IMG/VR virus record: IMGVR_UViG_2896589216_000005
Origin: a virus
Taxonomy: Duplodnaviria; Heunggongvirae; Uroviricota; Caudoviricetes
Reading direction: 5' to 3' (one strand)
DNA length: 52,416 nucleotides
The notes below the pieces were generated by a model. That model was not told the origin of the DNA. It did no database searches and saw only the letters and a list, made by a program, of their open reading frames with translations. Below, one piece after another: positions 18,858-27,650 of the stretch (its first letter is position 1; the number at the start of each line of letters is the position of its first letter). Both the position numbers and the translations under genes were made by a program.

Positions 18858-19916
18858 ATGCTTAATACTGTAAAAATATCCAGTTGTGAGTTAATCAACG
18901 CCGACTGCCTGGAATTTATCTGGTCGTTACCCGAAAATTCTGTTGACCTGATAGTCACGGACCCGCCGTACTTTAAAGTGAAGCCTGAGGGCTGGGATAA
19001 CCAGTGGAAGGGCGACGATGATTACCTGAAGTGGCTGGACCAGTGTCTGGCGCAGTTCTGGCGGGTGCTGAAACCTGCCGGAAGTCTTTACCTGTTCTGT
19101 GGTCATCGCCTGGCATCTGATATCGAAATCATGATGCGTGAACGCTTCAGTGTGCTGAACCATATTATCTGGGCGAAGCCGTCCGGACGCTGGAACGGAT
19201 GCAACAAGGAAAGCCTGCGGGCGTATTTCCCCGCCACAGAGCGCATTCTGTTCGCGGAACATTATCAGGGGCCGCATCGTCCGAAAGATGCCGGGTATGC
19301 GGCGAAGGGCAGTGCACTGAAACAGCATGTGATGGCCCCGCTGATTTCTTACTTTCGTGATGCGCGCGCGGCCCTGGGGATAACGGCAAAACAGATTGCA
19401 GATGCCACAGGAAAGAAAAACATGGTGTCGCACTGGTTCAGTGCCAGTCAGTGGCAGCTACCGAACGAAAGCGATTATCTGAAATTACAGTCGCTGTTTG
19501 CCCGGGTGGCAGAAGAGAAACATCAGCGCGGTGAACTGGAAAAGCCCCACCACCAGCTGGTGGATACGTATACGTCACTGAACCGGCAGTATGTGGAGCT
19601 GCAGAGTGAATATAAGCATCTGCGGCGGTATTTTGGTGTGACGGCGCAGGTGCCGTACACGGATGTGTGGACACATAAACCGGTGCAGTTCTATCCCGGG
19701 AAACATCCGTGCGAAAAACCGGCAGAAATGCTGCAGCAGATAATCAGCGCAAGCAGTCGTCCGGGTGACCTGGTTGCAGATTTTTTTATGGACTCAGGTT
19801 CAACGGTAAAAGCGGCACTGGCGCTCGGGCGTCGTGCGATTGGCGTTGAGCTGGAGACCGGACGTTTTGAGCAGACGGTTCGGGAAGTACAGGATTTAGT
19901 CAGCCAGAACGGATGA
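18858..19916 (+). CDS. Orphan DNA methyltransferase (N6-adenine/N4-cytosine class, DPPY motif)
   Basis: 352-aa ORF; N-terminal DPPY catalytic motif and C-terminal SAM-binding motif; no nuclease partner nearby. Confidence 0.85.
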   Translation: MLNTVKISSCELINADCLEFIWSLPENSVDLIVTDPPYFKVKPEGWDNQWKGDDDYLKWLDQCLAQFWRVLKPAGSLYLFCGHRLASDIEIMMRERFSVLNHIIWAKPSGRWNGCNKESLRAYFPATERILFAEHYQGPHRPKDAGYAAKGSALKQHVMAPLISYFRDARAALGITAKQIADATGKKNMVSHWFSASQWQLPNESDYLKLQSLFARVAEEKHQRGELEKPHHQLVDTYTSLNRQYVELQSEYKHLRRYFGVTAQVPYTDVWTHKPVQFYPGKHPCEKPAEMLQQIISASSRPGDLVADFFMDSGSTVKAALALGRRAIGVELETGRFEQTVREVQDLVSQNG

Positions 19917-19956
19917 TATTGCAGAATTAATTACGCGTCGTTATTATGCGGCTCCC

Positions 19957-20032
19957 GGCCCTTTAGCTCAGTGGTGAGAGCGAGCGACTCATAATCGCCA
20001 GGTCGCTGGTTCAAATCCAGCAAGGGCCACCA
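19957..20032 (+). tRNA. ileZ: tRNA-Ile2 (anticodon CAU, lysidine type; ileZ-like)
   Basis: 76-nt cloverleaf by hand folding; anticodon loop CUCAUAA; near-identical to recalled ileX; encodes 3-prime CCA. Confidence 0.85.
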
Positions 20033-20039
20033 TCACATA

Positions 20040-20116
20040 CCGCCATTAGCTCATCGGGATAGAGCGCCAGCCTTCGAAGCTGGTTGCGCGGGGTTCGAGT
20101 TCTCGATGGCGGTCCA
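20040..20116 (+). tRNA. argO: tRNA-Arg (anticodon UCG)
   Basis: 77-nt cloverleaf by hand folding; anticodon loop CUUCGAA; T-loop TTCGAGT; encodes CCA. Confidence 0.78.
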
Positions 20117-20130
20117 TTTATCGGTATTCT

Positions 20131-20200
20131 GCGTTGTTAGCTCAGCCGGACAGAGCAATTGCCTTCTAAGCAGCTGTGGTTGCACTCCTGTTGTTTCTGG
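20131..20200 (+). pseudogene. Degenerate tRNA-Arg (UCU) remnant
   Basis: Intact acceptor 5-prime strand, D-arm and CUUCUAA loop, but no canonical T-arm or matching 3-prime acceptor strand. Confidence 0.4.
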
Positions 20201-20373
20201 TGGTGATGGTGGACTTCAGCAGCCGGATAATGTCGGTGCTGTCTGATGATGTTTTGGTGGCGGGTGTGGTGGTTGTTGCTTTCCCGTTGCTGAAAAAGAA
20301 AGCATCAGGCGATTAGCAGGGTATCAGTTACCCGTTGAAATTTTTAAATACCTCACAATTCCACAGCTTGATG

Positions 20374-20570
20374 ATTGTCTGGCTGCCGGAGAATTTGTTA
20401 AAAATTACATCGCATGGTGAATCCCCCTCAGCGGCGGGGCATCTGGCAAAGTGTATGATCCAGAGAACATGCAAATTCAGTAGACAGGCTGAATTTACCG
20501 GGAGGCACCTGGCACCATGCGACAGACAGAAATTAGGCTATACTTCAGCCCCTCTCCGGAGGGGCTTTTC
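20374..20570 (+). repeat. Structured direct-repeat unit A (about 200 bp) ending in an 8-bp GC hairpin plus T-run
   Basis: Shares conserved blocks with unit B; terminal hairpin AGCCCCTC-TCCG-GAGGGGCT followed by TTTTCT. Confidence 0.5.
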
Positions 20571-20842
20571 TGTGCAGGATGTGTCACAGTTTCCTGAATT
20601 CTGAGTACTGTCCTGTTACTCAGGGTGCTATATTTTCTGACGTGATGAAAGTCTGCCGGAAGGCGGAACGTATCGGAAATGACCCAGTAGAGAAAACGTT
20701 GACTCAGATACCGATGCTGAGTTACCGGGAAACCGGCATCACATGACCGCTATCCTTCCAGGCTCGCTCCGGCGGGCCTTTTTACTGCAGAAAACAGTTT
20801 TCCCGTAAAATGCTACGTTGCTCATAATTCAGGCTGGCGATT

Positions 20843-21035
20843 ATTGTCTGGCCAGCGGGAAGTTTGTTAAAAAATTTCGCATGGTGAATCCCCCTGTGCG
20901 GAGGGGCAATCAGCGAGTAGGTATATGGGATAATCGCGGATTCAGGTGCTGGTACTGAATTCACCGGGAGGCACCCGGCACCATGCAATGGCACATAGCG
21001 CCACTCTCCAGCCCCTCTCCGGAGGGGCTGTTTAT
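20843..21035 (+). repeat. Structured direct-repeat unit B
   Basis: Same block order as unit A, 469 bp downstream; identical terminal hairpin. Confidence 0.5.
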
Positions 21036-21064
21036 ATTGATTTTGTCAGATGTGAGTAAACTCC

Positions 21065-21400
21065 TTATGGACTTTGTTGTTTTAGTCCATAAGGACATAT
21101 TTGCAGAGTGCAACGGTTATTAAAGCATTCATTCAATACGTTATCTGTATTTGTAGGGCATTCCTGGCTGTTTTTGATTAAATTCCAGAATGTTTTATTG
21201 AATGGCACTACGTTGTAAATGGTTACAGGTAGCACTTTGTTATTGAGCATGATGCCTGTGTGAGTCAGTGTAAATATACTTTCAGGAGGTAAGAAAGCAT
21301 CCGATTGATACCAGATTATTAATTTTATTTTACTCCATATGACTGAAAAAGATATTCCGCATGATGGCTGGATAACTGTATCAATCACAATCCACTTCAT
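21065..21400 (-). CDS. Hypothetical protein in AT-rich island, 111 aa
   Basis: ORF with AGGAAA SD 4 nt before the ATG; low GC relative to flanks; the 3-prime end overlaps a hairpin, so the C-terminus is uncertain. Confidence 0.4.
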   Translation of the reverse strand: MKWIVIDTVIQPSCGISFSVIWSKIKLIIWYQSDAFLPPESIFTLTHTGIMLNNKVLPVTIYNVVPFNKTFWNLIKNSQECPTNTDNVLNECFNNRCTLQICPYGLKQQSP

Positions 21401-21659
21401 TTAGTTTCCTTGTTTATGTCTTGCTGGTGATGTTCTGAAAAGTATAAATGATATTTTTGATTGTAAACCATAGAGCAGAATTATTTTTCTGATGTTGTTT
21501 ATTGTTTATTTAAATGCATGGTGGTTTATATCTCGTCTTGTAGTTTATCCATGCATATCTGCTTGATGATGAGGTTTTTATTTAAGGTATGGTTTTGTTT
21601 TTTTCTGTATTACATGTCAGGTATTTTAAAGAATCATTTTTCAGATGGTGGAAAGAACC

Positions 21660-23516
21660 ATGGCATTTAAACACTATGATGTTGTCAGGGCGGCGTCGCC
21701 GTCAGATCTTGCGGAAAAGCTGACACATAAACTGAAAGAGGGCTGGCAGCCGTTTGGTAGTCCGGTGGCCATAACCCCTTATACCCTGATGCAGGCGATT
21801 GCAGCAGAAGGTGATGTGGTCGTCAGTGGTGCAACTGAGCCGGAGTGGTACTACGTCATCGTACTGGCCGGGCAATCCAATGCCATGGCTTACGGTGAAG
21901 GGCTTCCGCTTCCGGATTCTTACGATGCGCCCCACCCACGTATTAAGCAACTGGCCCGTCGCAACACAGTGACTCCCGGTGGTAAAGCATGCGCATTTAA
22001 CGACATCATTCCGGCAGACCACTGCCTGCATGATGTTCAGGATATGAGCGCACTGAATCATCCGAAGGCAGACCTGAGCAAAGGGCAGTACGGCTGTGTC
22101 GGCCAGGGCTTACATATTGCCAAAAAACTGCTTCCGTATATCCCGAATAACGCGGGGATCCTGCTGGTACCATGCTGTCGTGGTGGTTCGGCATTCACCC
22201 AGGGCGCGGAGGGGACATTCAGTGCGGACACGGGGGCCAGCCAGGATTCGGCACGCTGGGGTGTGGGTAAACCGTTATATCAGGACCTGATCGCACGCAC
22301 CAAAGCGGCATTACAGAAGAACCCGAAAAATGTGTTGCTGGCGGTGTGCTGGATGCAGGGCGAATTTGACATGAGCGCTGCCACCTACGCACAGCAACCG
22401 GACCTGTTCACGGCCATGCTGAAGCAGTTCCGTACTGACCTTTCCGGATTTAACGCGCAGTGCCATGGCGGCAGTGCTGCAGTTGTACCGTGGATTTGTG
22501 GCGACACGACGTATTACTGGAAAAACACATACGGCACACAGTATGACTCCGTCTACGGCGCGTACAAAAACAGGGAGAGCGACAACGTTTTCTTTGTGCC
22601 GTTCATGACCGACGGTAACGGCAACAACACGCCCACCAACTTACCGGCAGAAGACCCGGATATTGCTGATGCAGGTTATTACGGCGCGCAATCCCGTAGT
22701 AATGGTAATTGGGTATCGTCAAATCGTCCGACACATTTCAGTTCATGGGCGCGCAGGGGCATTATTTCGGATCGCCTGGCAACCGCTATTCTGAACGCAG
22801 TTGGTCGAACCAGCGCCTTCATCAGCGGTACCGCACCGGAGATTAAACCCTCGCCCGGCGGCGACACGCCATCGGGGCCGTCTGATGGTGACACATCCGT
22901 TCGTACAGTCTCCCTGCTGCCGACAGCCGGAGAGGCTGCTGCGCAGGGCTGGACCATCACCGGCGGCAGTGTTGCGCTGGAAGATGGTGTGTTTAAGGTT
23001 ACCAAGCAGAGCAATAAAACCTGGTCCCTGATGCATCCGGTGGATGACGCAGTCTCCCTGCTGACACGGGGTGGCAGACTGAGCTGTAAGTTTCGACTGT
23101 CAGGCGCACTGACCAACAACCAGTTCGGTCTGGGAATTTATCTGTATACCGATGTAGCGTTACCTGACGTCGTGGCGATGACCGGGACTGGTAACCCGTT
23201 CCTGATGTCGTTCTTCACCCAGACCACAGACGGCAAACTGAATCTGATGCATCACAAGAAAGCCGGAAACACAAAGTTGGGCGAGTTCGGGAATTACAGT
23301 AACGACTGGCAGACGCTGGAGCTGGTGTTCACCGCCGGCAGTGCCACGGTTACTCCGAAACTGAATGGAGTGGCTGGCCCGGCATTCCAGGTCATAAAAG
23401 ACAGTCTGACACTGGGGCTGAATGCGCTGACGCTGACGGATATTACCAAAAATGCAGCGTATGGCGTTGAGATAGAAAGTCTGGTGCTGGAGATAAATGC
23501 ACCGGCATCATCATAA
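21660..23516 (+). CDS. NanS-p-like sialate O-acetylesterase (DUF1737 + SGNH/SASA esterase)
   Basis: GQSNA esterase motif and N-terminal DUF1737-like segment; the position Stx-type phages use for this gene. Confidence 0.78.
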   Translation: MAFKHYDVVRAASPSDLAEKLTHKLKEGWQPFGSPVAITPYTLMQAIAAEGDVVVSGATEPEWYYVIVLAGQSNAMAYGEGLPLPDSYDAPHPRIKQLARRNTVTPGGKACAFNDIIPADHCLHDVQDMSALNHPKADLSKGQYGCVGQGLHIAKKLLPYIPNNAGILLVPCCRGGSAFTQGAEGTFSADTGASQDSARWGVGKPLYQDLIARTKAALQKNPKNVLLAVCWMQGEFDMSAATYAQQPDLFTAMLKQFRTDLSGFNAQCHGGSAAVVPWICGDTTYYWKNTYGTQYDSVYGAYKNRESDNVFFVPFMTDGNGNNTPTNLPAEDPDIADAGYYGAQSRSNGNWVSSNRPTHFSSWARRGIISDRLATAILNAVGRTSAFISGTAPEIKPSPGGDTPSGPSDGDTSVRTVSLLPTAGEAAAQGWTITGGSVALEDGVFKVTKQSNKTWSLMHPVDDAVSLLTRGGRLSCKFRLSGALTNNQFGLGIYLYTDVALPDVVAMTGTGNPFLMSFFTQTTDGKLNLMHHKKAGNTKLGEFGNYSNDWQTLELVFTAGSATVTPKLNGVAGPAFQVIKDSLTLGLNALTLTDITKNAAYGVEIESLVLEINAPASS

Positions 23517-23662
23517 AAAGTGAGCCAGTCAAATGGAAGGTATCGTTAAACTCACCGGTAGTGTCAGTGGGTAGACTGGCCCCCTGAATCTCCAGACAAC
23601 CAGTATCACTTAAATAAGTGATAGTCTTAATACTAGTTTTTAGACTAGTCATTGGAGTACAG

Positions 23663-24094
23663 ATGATTGATGTCTTAGGGCCGGAGAAACGCAGACGGCG
23701 TACCACACAGGAAAAGATCGCAATTGTTCAGCAGAGCTTTGAACCGGGGATGACGGTCTCCCTCGTTGCCCGGCAACATGGTGTAGCAGCCAGGCAGTTA
23801 TTTCTCTGGCGTAAGCAATACCAGGAAGGAAGTCTTACTGCTGTGGCCGCCGGAGAACAGGTTGTTCCTGCCTCTGAACTTGCTGCCGCCATGAAGCAGA
23901 TTAAAGAACTCCAGCGCCTGCTCGGCAAGAAAACGATGGAAAATGAACTCCTCAAAGAAGCCGTTGAATATGGACGGGCAAAAAAGTGGATAGCGCACGC
24001 GCCCTTATTGCCGGGGATGGGGAGTAAGCTTAGTCAGCCGTTGTCTCCGGGTGTCGCGTGCGCAGTTGCACGTCATTCTCAGACGAACCGATGA
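23663..24094 (+). CDS. insC: IS2 orfA (InsC) of copy 2, C-terminally altered
   Basis: ORF extended to 143 aa by the 1-bp deletion; S-to-R substitution relative to copy 1. Confidence 0.7.
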   Translation: MIDVLGPEKRRRRTTQEKIAIVQQSFEPGMTVSLVARQHGVAARQLFLWRKQYQEGSLTAVAAGEQVVPASELAAAMKQIKELQRLLGKKTMENELLKEAVEYGRAKKWIAHAPLLPGMGSKLSQPLSPGVACAVARHSQTNR

Positions 24095-24890
24095 CTGGAT
24101 GGATGGCCGCCGCAGTCGTCACACTGATGATACGGATGTGCTTCTCCGTATACACCATGTTATCGGAGAGCTGCCCACGTATGGTTATCGTCGGGTATGG
24201 GCGCTGCTTCGCAGACAGGCAGAACTTGATGGTATGCCTGCGATCAATGCCAAACGTGTTTACCGGATCATGCGCCAGAATGCGCTGTTGCTTGAGCGAA
24301 AACCTGCTGTACCACCATCGAAACGGGCACATACAGGCAGAGTGGCCGTGAAAGAAAGCAATCAGCGATGGTGCTCTGACGGGTTCGAGTTCTGCTGTGA
24401 TAACGGAGAGAGACTGCGTGTCACGTTCGCGCTGGACTGCTGTGAGCGTGAGGCACTGCACTGGGCGGTGACTACCGGCGGCTTCAACAGTGAAACAGTA
24501 CAGGACGTCATGCTGGGAGCGGTGGAACGCCGCTTCGGCAACGATCTTCCGTCGTCTCCAGTGGAGTGGCTGACGGATAATGGTTCATGCTACCGGGCTA
24601 ATGAAACACGCCAGTTCGCCCGGATGTTGGGACTTGAACCGAAGAACACGGCGGTGCGGAGTCCGGAGAGTAACGGAATAGCAGAGAGCTTCGTGAAAAC
24701 GATAAAGCGTGACTACATCAGTATCATGCCCAAACCAGACGGGTTAACGGCAGCAAAGAACCTTGCAGAGGCGTTCGAGCATTATAACGAATGGCATCCG
24801 CATAGTGCGCTGGGTTATCGCTCGCCACGGGAATATCTGCGGCAGCGGGCTTGTAATGGGTTAAGTGATAACAGATGTCTGGAAATATAG
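24051..24890 (+). CDS. insD: IS2 orfB (InsD) of copy 2, N-terminally truncated (279 aa)
   Basis: Lacks the first 22 codons present in copy 1; D-to-E substitution. Confidence 0.7.
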   Translation: MSRAQLHVILRRTDDWMDGRRSRHTDDTDVLLRIHHVIGELPTYGYRRVWALLRRQAELDGMPAINAKRVYRIMRQNALLLERKPAVPPSKRAHTGRVAVKESNQRWCSDGFEFCCDNGERLRVTFALDCCEREALHWAVTTGGFNSETVQDVMLGAVERRFGNDLPSSPVEWLTDNGSCYRANETRQFARMLGLEPKNTAVRSPESNGIAESFVKTIKRDYISIMPKPDGLTAAKNLAEAFEHYNEWHPHSALGYRSPREYLRQRACNGLSDNRCLEI

Positions 24891-25001
24891 GGGCAAATCC
24901 AGTGGGTCGTCTGAGATGCCTGCATGAGTTATCAGAGCCATCAGTACTTAACTGGTGGCTTTTTTTATTGTTGTCAGCTTCCGGATAACGGGAGACGGGG
25001 T

Positions 25002-25217
25002 ATGTACCAGATGGAAAAAATCACAACAGGTGTGTCATACACCACGTCAGCGGTGGGAACGGGCTACTGGTTCCTGCAGTTGCTGGACAGGGTTTCCCCG
25101 TCTCAGTGGGCGGCAATAGGCGTGCTGGGGAGTCTGCTGTTTGGGCTGCTGACATATCTGACTAACCTGTATTTCAAAATCAGAGAGGACCGTCGTAAGG
25201 CGGCACGGGGAGAGTAA
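25002..25217 (+). CDS. Class II holin/pinholin (EssD/EssQ-like), 71 aa, dual-start motif
   Basis: [10 protein letters not shown]... with two transmembrane segments; dual start Met1/Met4. Confidence 0.85.
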   Translation: MYQMEKITTGVSYTTSAVGTGYWFLQLLDRVSPSQWAAIGVLGSLLFGLLTYLTNLYFKIREDRRKAARGE

Positions 25218-25221
25218 TTCA

Positions 25222-25566
25222 ATGACTCAAAACTATGAACTGATTGTGAAAGGGATCCGCAATTTTGAGAATAAAGTTACGGTAACTTTAGCGTTACGGG
25301 ACAAAAAACGCTTTGACGGTGAAATTTTTGACCTGGACATCGCGCTGGACCGTGTTGAAGGTGCCGCGCTGGAGTTTTATGAGGCAGCAGCCAGAAGGAG
25401 CATCAGACAGGTCTTCCTGGATGTTGCTGCCGGGTTATGTGAAGGGGATGAGCAGTCGCCGGAAAAGCGCCCCGTAATTTTAGAGGCGCAGGATGTGTTG
25501 ATAACCTACAGAGGAAAACTACCGGGAATAATTACGGGTTCTCTGAAGAGTCCGCCGAAATGGTAA
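25222..25566 (+). CDS. YdfR-like protein (DUF1327) inside the lysis cassette
   Basis: 114-aa ORF between holin and endolysin, as ydfR is in Qin. Confidence 0.55.
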   Translation: MTQNYELIVKGIRNFENKVTVTLALRDKKRFDGEIFDLDIALDRVEGAALEFYEAAARRSIRQVFLDVAAGLCEGDEQSPEKRPVILEAQDVLITYRGKLPGIITGSLKSPPKW

Positions 25567-25804
25567 TTTTACCAGCATATTTTTCATCCAGTAATACAGC
25601 AAGCCGCCTGAAAGAGTCTTGTTGTTCCTGAGACCATTTGGGATTGCATGATTCAAACTGGATTGATGCCAGCGTTGATTGCATCTGTTCCCTTGGAATT
25701 GAGAATGCCAGATATGAGAAGGCGACGGTAAGGGTATTCACGTCTTCCCGAAGCCTAGAAATGCTGTCGAGCAACTCCTGTAGAGAAATGGTGTTATTGT
25801 CCAT
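25532..25804 (-). CDS. Hypothetical 90-aa protein encoded antisense within the lysis cassette
   Basis: Minus-strand ORF with GAGGA SD 6 nt upstream of the ATG; overlaps the 3-prime end of the ydfR-like gene by 35 nt. Confidence 0.4.
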   Translation of the reverse strand: MDNNTISLQELLDSISRLREDVNTLTVAFSYLAFSIPREQMQSTLASIQFESCNPKWSQEQQDSFRRLAVLLDEKYAGKITISADSSENP

Positions 25805-25909
25805 AAATAATCCTCATGATTGTATTGACCTGTTAGCAGCCTGAGGCAACAGGCTGGAACTGATAAACATATCCAGGGCTCAGAAACCGATAAATCCTGA
25901 TAAATATCC

Positions 25910-26443
25910 ATGAACGCAAAAATCAGATACGGCCTGTCGGCTGCCGTTCTGGCGCTGATTGCCGCTGGTGCGCCTGCGCCTGACATTCTCGACCAGTTTC
26001 TGGATGAAAAGGAAGGTAACCACACCACGGCATACCGTGATGGCGCGGGTATCTGGACCATCTGCCGCGGTGCCATCCTGGTGGATGGCAAACCTGTCGT
26101 TCCGGGCATGAAGTTGTCGAAGGAAAAATGCGACCGGGTTAACGCCATTGAGCGTGATAAGGCGCTGGCATGGGTGGAGAAAAACATCAGAGTGCCATTG
26201 AGCGAACCCCAGAAAGCGGGGATCGCGTCATTCTGTCCGTACAACATTGGTCCCGGTAAGTGTTTCCCGTCGACGTTTTATAAACGAATTAATGCAGGTG
26301 ATCGCAGGGGAGCGTGTGAGGCGATTCGCTGGTGGATTAAGGACGGTGGCAGAGACTGCCGTATTCGTTCAAACAACTGCTACGGTCAGGTATCCCGTCG
26401 TGACCAGGAGAGCGCGCTGGCGTGCTGGGGTATCGACAGATAA
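25910..26443 (+). CDS. Endolysin (lysozyme, GH24-like) with N-terminal SAR signal-anchor
   Basis: 177-aa ORF; hydrophobic Gly/Ala-rich N-terminus then T4-lysozyme-like core. Confidence 0.85.
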   Translation: MNAKIRYGLSAAVLALIAAGAPAPDILDQFLDEKEGNHTTAYRDGAGIWTICRGAILVDGKPVVPGMKLSKEKCDRVNAIERDKALAWVEKNIRVPLSEPQKAGIASFCPYNIGPGKCFPSTFYKRINAGDRRGACEAIRWWIKDGGRDCRIRSNNCYGQVSRRDQESALACWGIDR

Positions 26444-26602
26444 GCAGAATATTTTGCTGAAAAATGCGGTTTGCTTACACGGACGGATAACACGAAATCC
26501 TGCGAACTGACAAAAACTAAGTGAATAAAAGTAAAAACCCCGTTTGTTGGCTGCAAGCGGGGTTTTGTGTTTCCTGACTCTGGAAAAGTCAAAGGAGAAA
26601 GT

Positions 26603-26740
26603 GTGTTTGATTTTAGCAAACTGATTCGGGAGATTCGAGTGATGGCTGAAAAATTATCCACCTGGAAGTTCATTCTTATCTGGCTGGTGTTTGTGATTAT
26701 GGCCTCCGGTTATTTCATCGGTCAGATACGCTGGTGGTGA
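26603..26740 (+). CDS. Possible small membrane protein (45 aa) between endolysin and Rz
   Basis: GTG start after AAAGGAGA SD; hydrophobic stretch KFILIWLVFVIMASGYFIG; stop 1 nt before the Rz start. Confidence 0.3.
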   Translation: MFDFSKLIREIRVMAEKLSTWKFILIWLVFVIMASGYFIGQIRWW

Positions 26741-26741
26741 A

Positions 26742-27209
26742 ATGAACCGCGTACTGTGCGTGGTCATCATTGCCCTGCTGGTGGCCTGTGGTGCGCTTAG
26801 TCTGGGGCTGAATCATTACCGTGATAACGCCATAACCTACAAAGAGCAGCGCGATAAAAAAGTCAGTGAGCTGGAGCAGGCAAATGCAACCATTACTGAT
26901 ATGCAGCAGCGCCAGCGTGATGTTGCTGCACTTGATGCCAGATACTCGAGGGAATTAGCCGATGCGAGAGCTGAAAATGAAACTCTGCGCGCTGACGTTG
27001 CCGCTGGTCGTAAGCGCCTGCGGATCAACGCCACCTGCCCCGGTACCGTGCGTGAAGCCCCCACCACCTCCGGCGTGGATAATGCAACCGGCCCCCGACT
27101 GGCAGACACCGCTGAACGGGATTATTTCACTCTCAGAGAGCGGTTGATGCTGATGCAGAAGCAGCTGGAAGTGGCGCAGGAATATATCCGCACTCAGTGC
27201 CTGAAATAA
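26742..27209 (+). CDS. Rz: Rz i-spanin
   Basis: 155-aa ORF with N-terminal TM segment and coiled-coil; follows the endolysin. Confidence 0.85.
   Translation: MNRVLCVVIIALLVACGALSLGLNHYRDNAITYKEQRDKKVSELEQANATITDMQQRQRDVAALDARYSRELADARAENETLRADVAAGRKRLRINATCPGTVREAPTTSGVDNATGPRLADTAERDYFTLRERLMLMQKQLEVAQEYIRTQCLK
26962..27147 (+). CDS. Rz1: Rz1 o-spanin lipoprotein embedded in the +1 frame of Rz
   Basis: Signal peptide with lipobox VVSAC and proline-rich mature part; entirely inside Rz. Confidence 0.7.
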   Translation: MRELKMKLCALTLPLVVSACGSTPPAPVPCVKPPPPPAWIMQPAPDWQTPLNGIISLSESG

Positions 27210-27462
27210 GTTTTGCTGATTCGCGGTATTGTCGCCGTATCCCCGCATTAACAGAGACCGCAGCCCGACCGGGAGACTCCTCTGCGCGAGTGTGCGGGGA
27301 TAATCAAAAACGATACACACCGGGGTTTACCGCGTTAACGGAGCGCGGCGTTGTCCCCTCATAGTCGCCTGTCCGGTGCGATGGTGGAAGAAACCGGACT
27401 ACATTGAAAATGATAACCATTATCATTTTTGCGGGTCCTTTCCGGCGATCCGGGCCGTTACG

Positions 27463-27474
27463 GGGCGGCGACCT
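27463..27474 (+). other. cosN cohesive-end site (GGGCGGCGACCT), with cosB expected downstream
   Basis: 12-nt match to the lambda left cohesive end followed by lambda-like CGCGGTTTTTCACTATTTATGAAAATTTT, just upstream of nu1. Confidence 0.75.
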
Positions 27475-27650
27475 CGCGGTTTTTCACTATTTATGAAAAT
27501 TTTTCAGGGAAAATCGTGTCGGTACTTCTCGAATATAACTTTTTGTTTTTTTTAATATTGCATCCGTAAAGGTCCGACATGAAAGTGTCCGAAAATGCCT
27601 TTTTCTGGCGTTTTCATGTCGGGCCTTGTATTTGATAATGGGTTGTTTTC

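Larger units (their letters stand above)
23572..24901 (+). mobile_element. IS2: IS2 insertion sequence, copy 2, with 5-bp TSD GTGGG; transposase frames disturbed by a 1-bp deletion
   Basis: Same termini as copy 1; identical flanking pentamers at 23567-23571 and 24902-24906; GCCGGGG at about 24011 versus GCCCGGGG in copy 1. Confidence 0.95.

Noticed and set aside
20335-20994. 89-aa plus-strand and 70-aa minus-strand ORFs over the repeat units
   Set aside because: They span conserved hairpin/terminator blocks, have no SD, and their frames are not conserved between the two units; the region is more likely non-coding
20131-21640. Shiga toxin genes at the canonical tRNA-to-nanS position
   Set aside because: No ORF here resembles StxA or StxB; the window does not encode Shiga toxin despite the Stx-phage-like gene order
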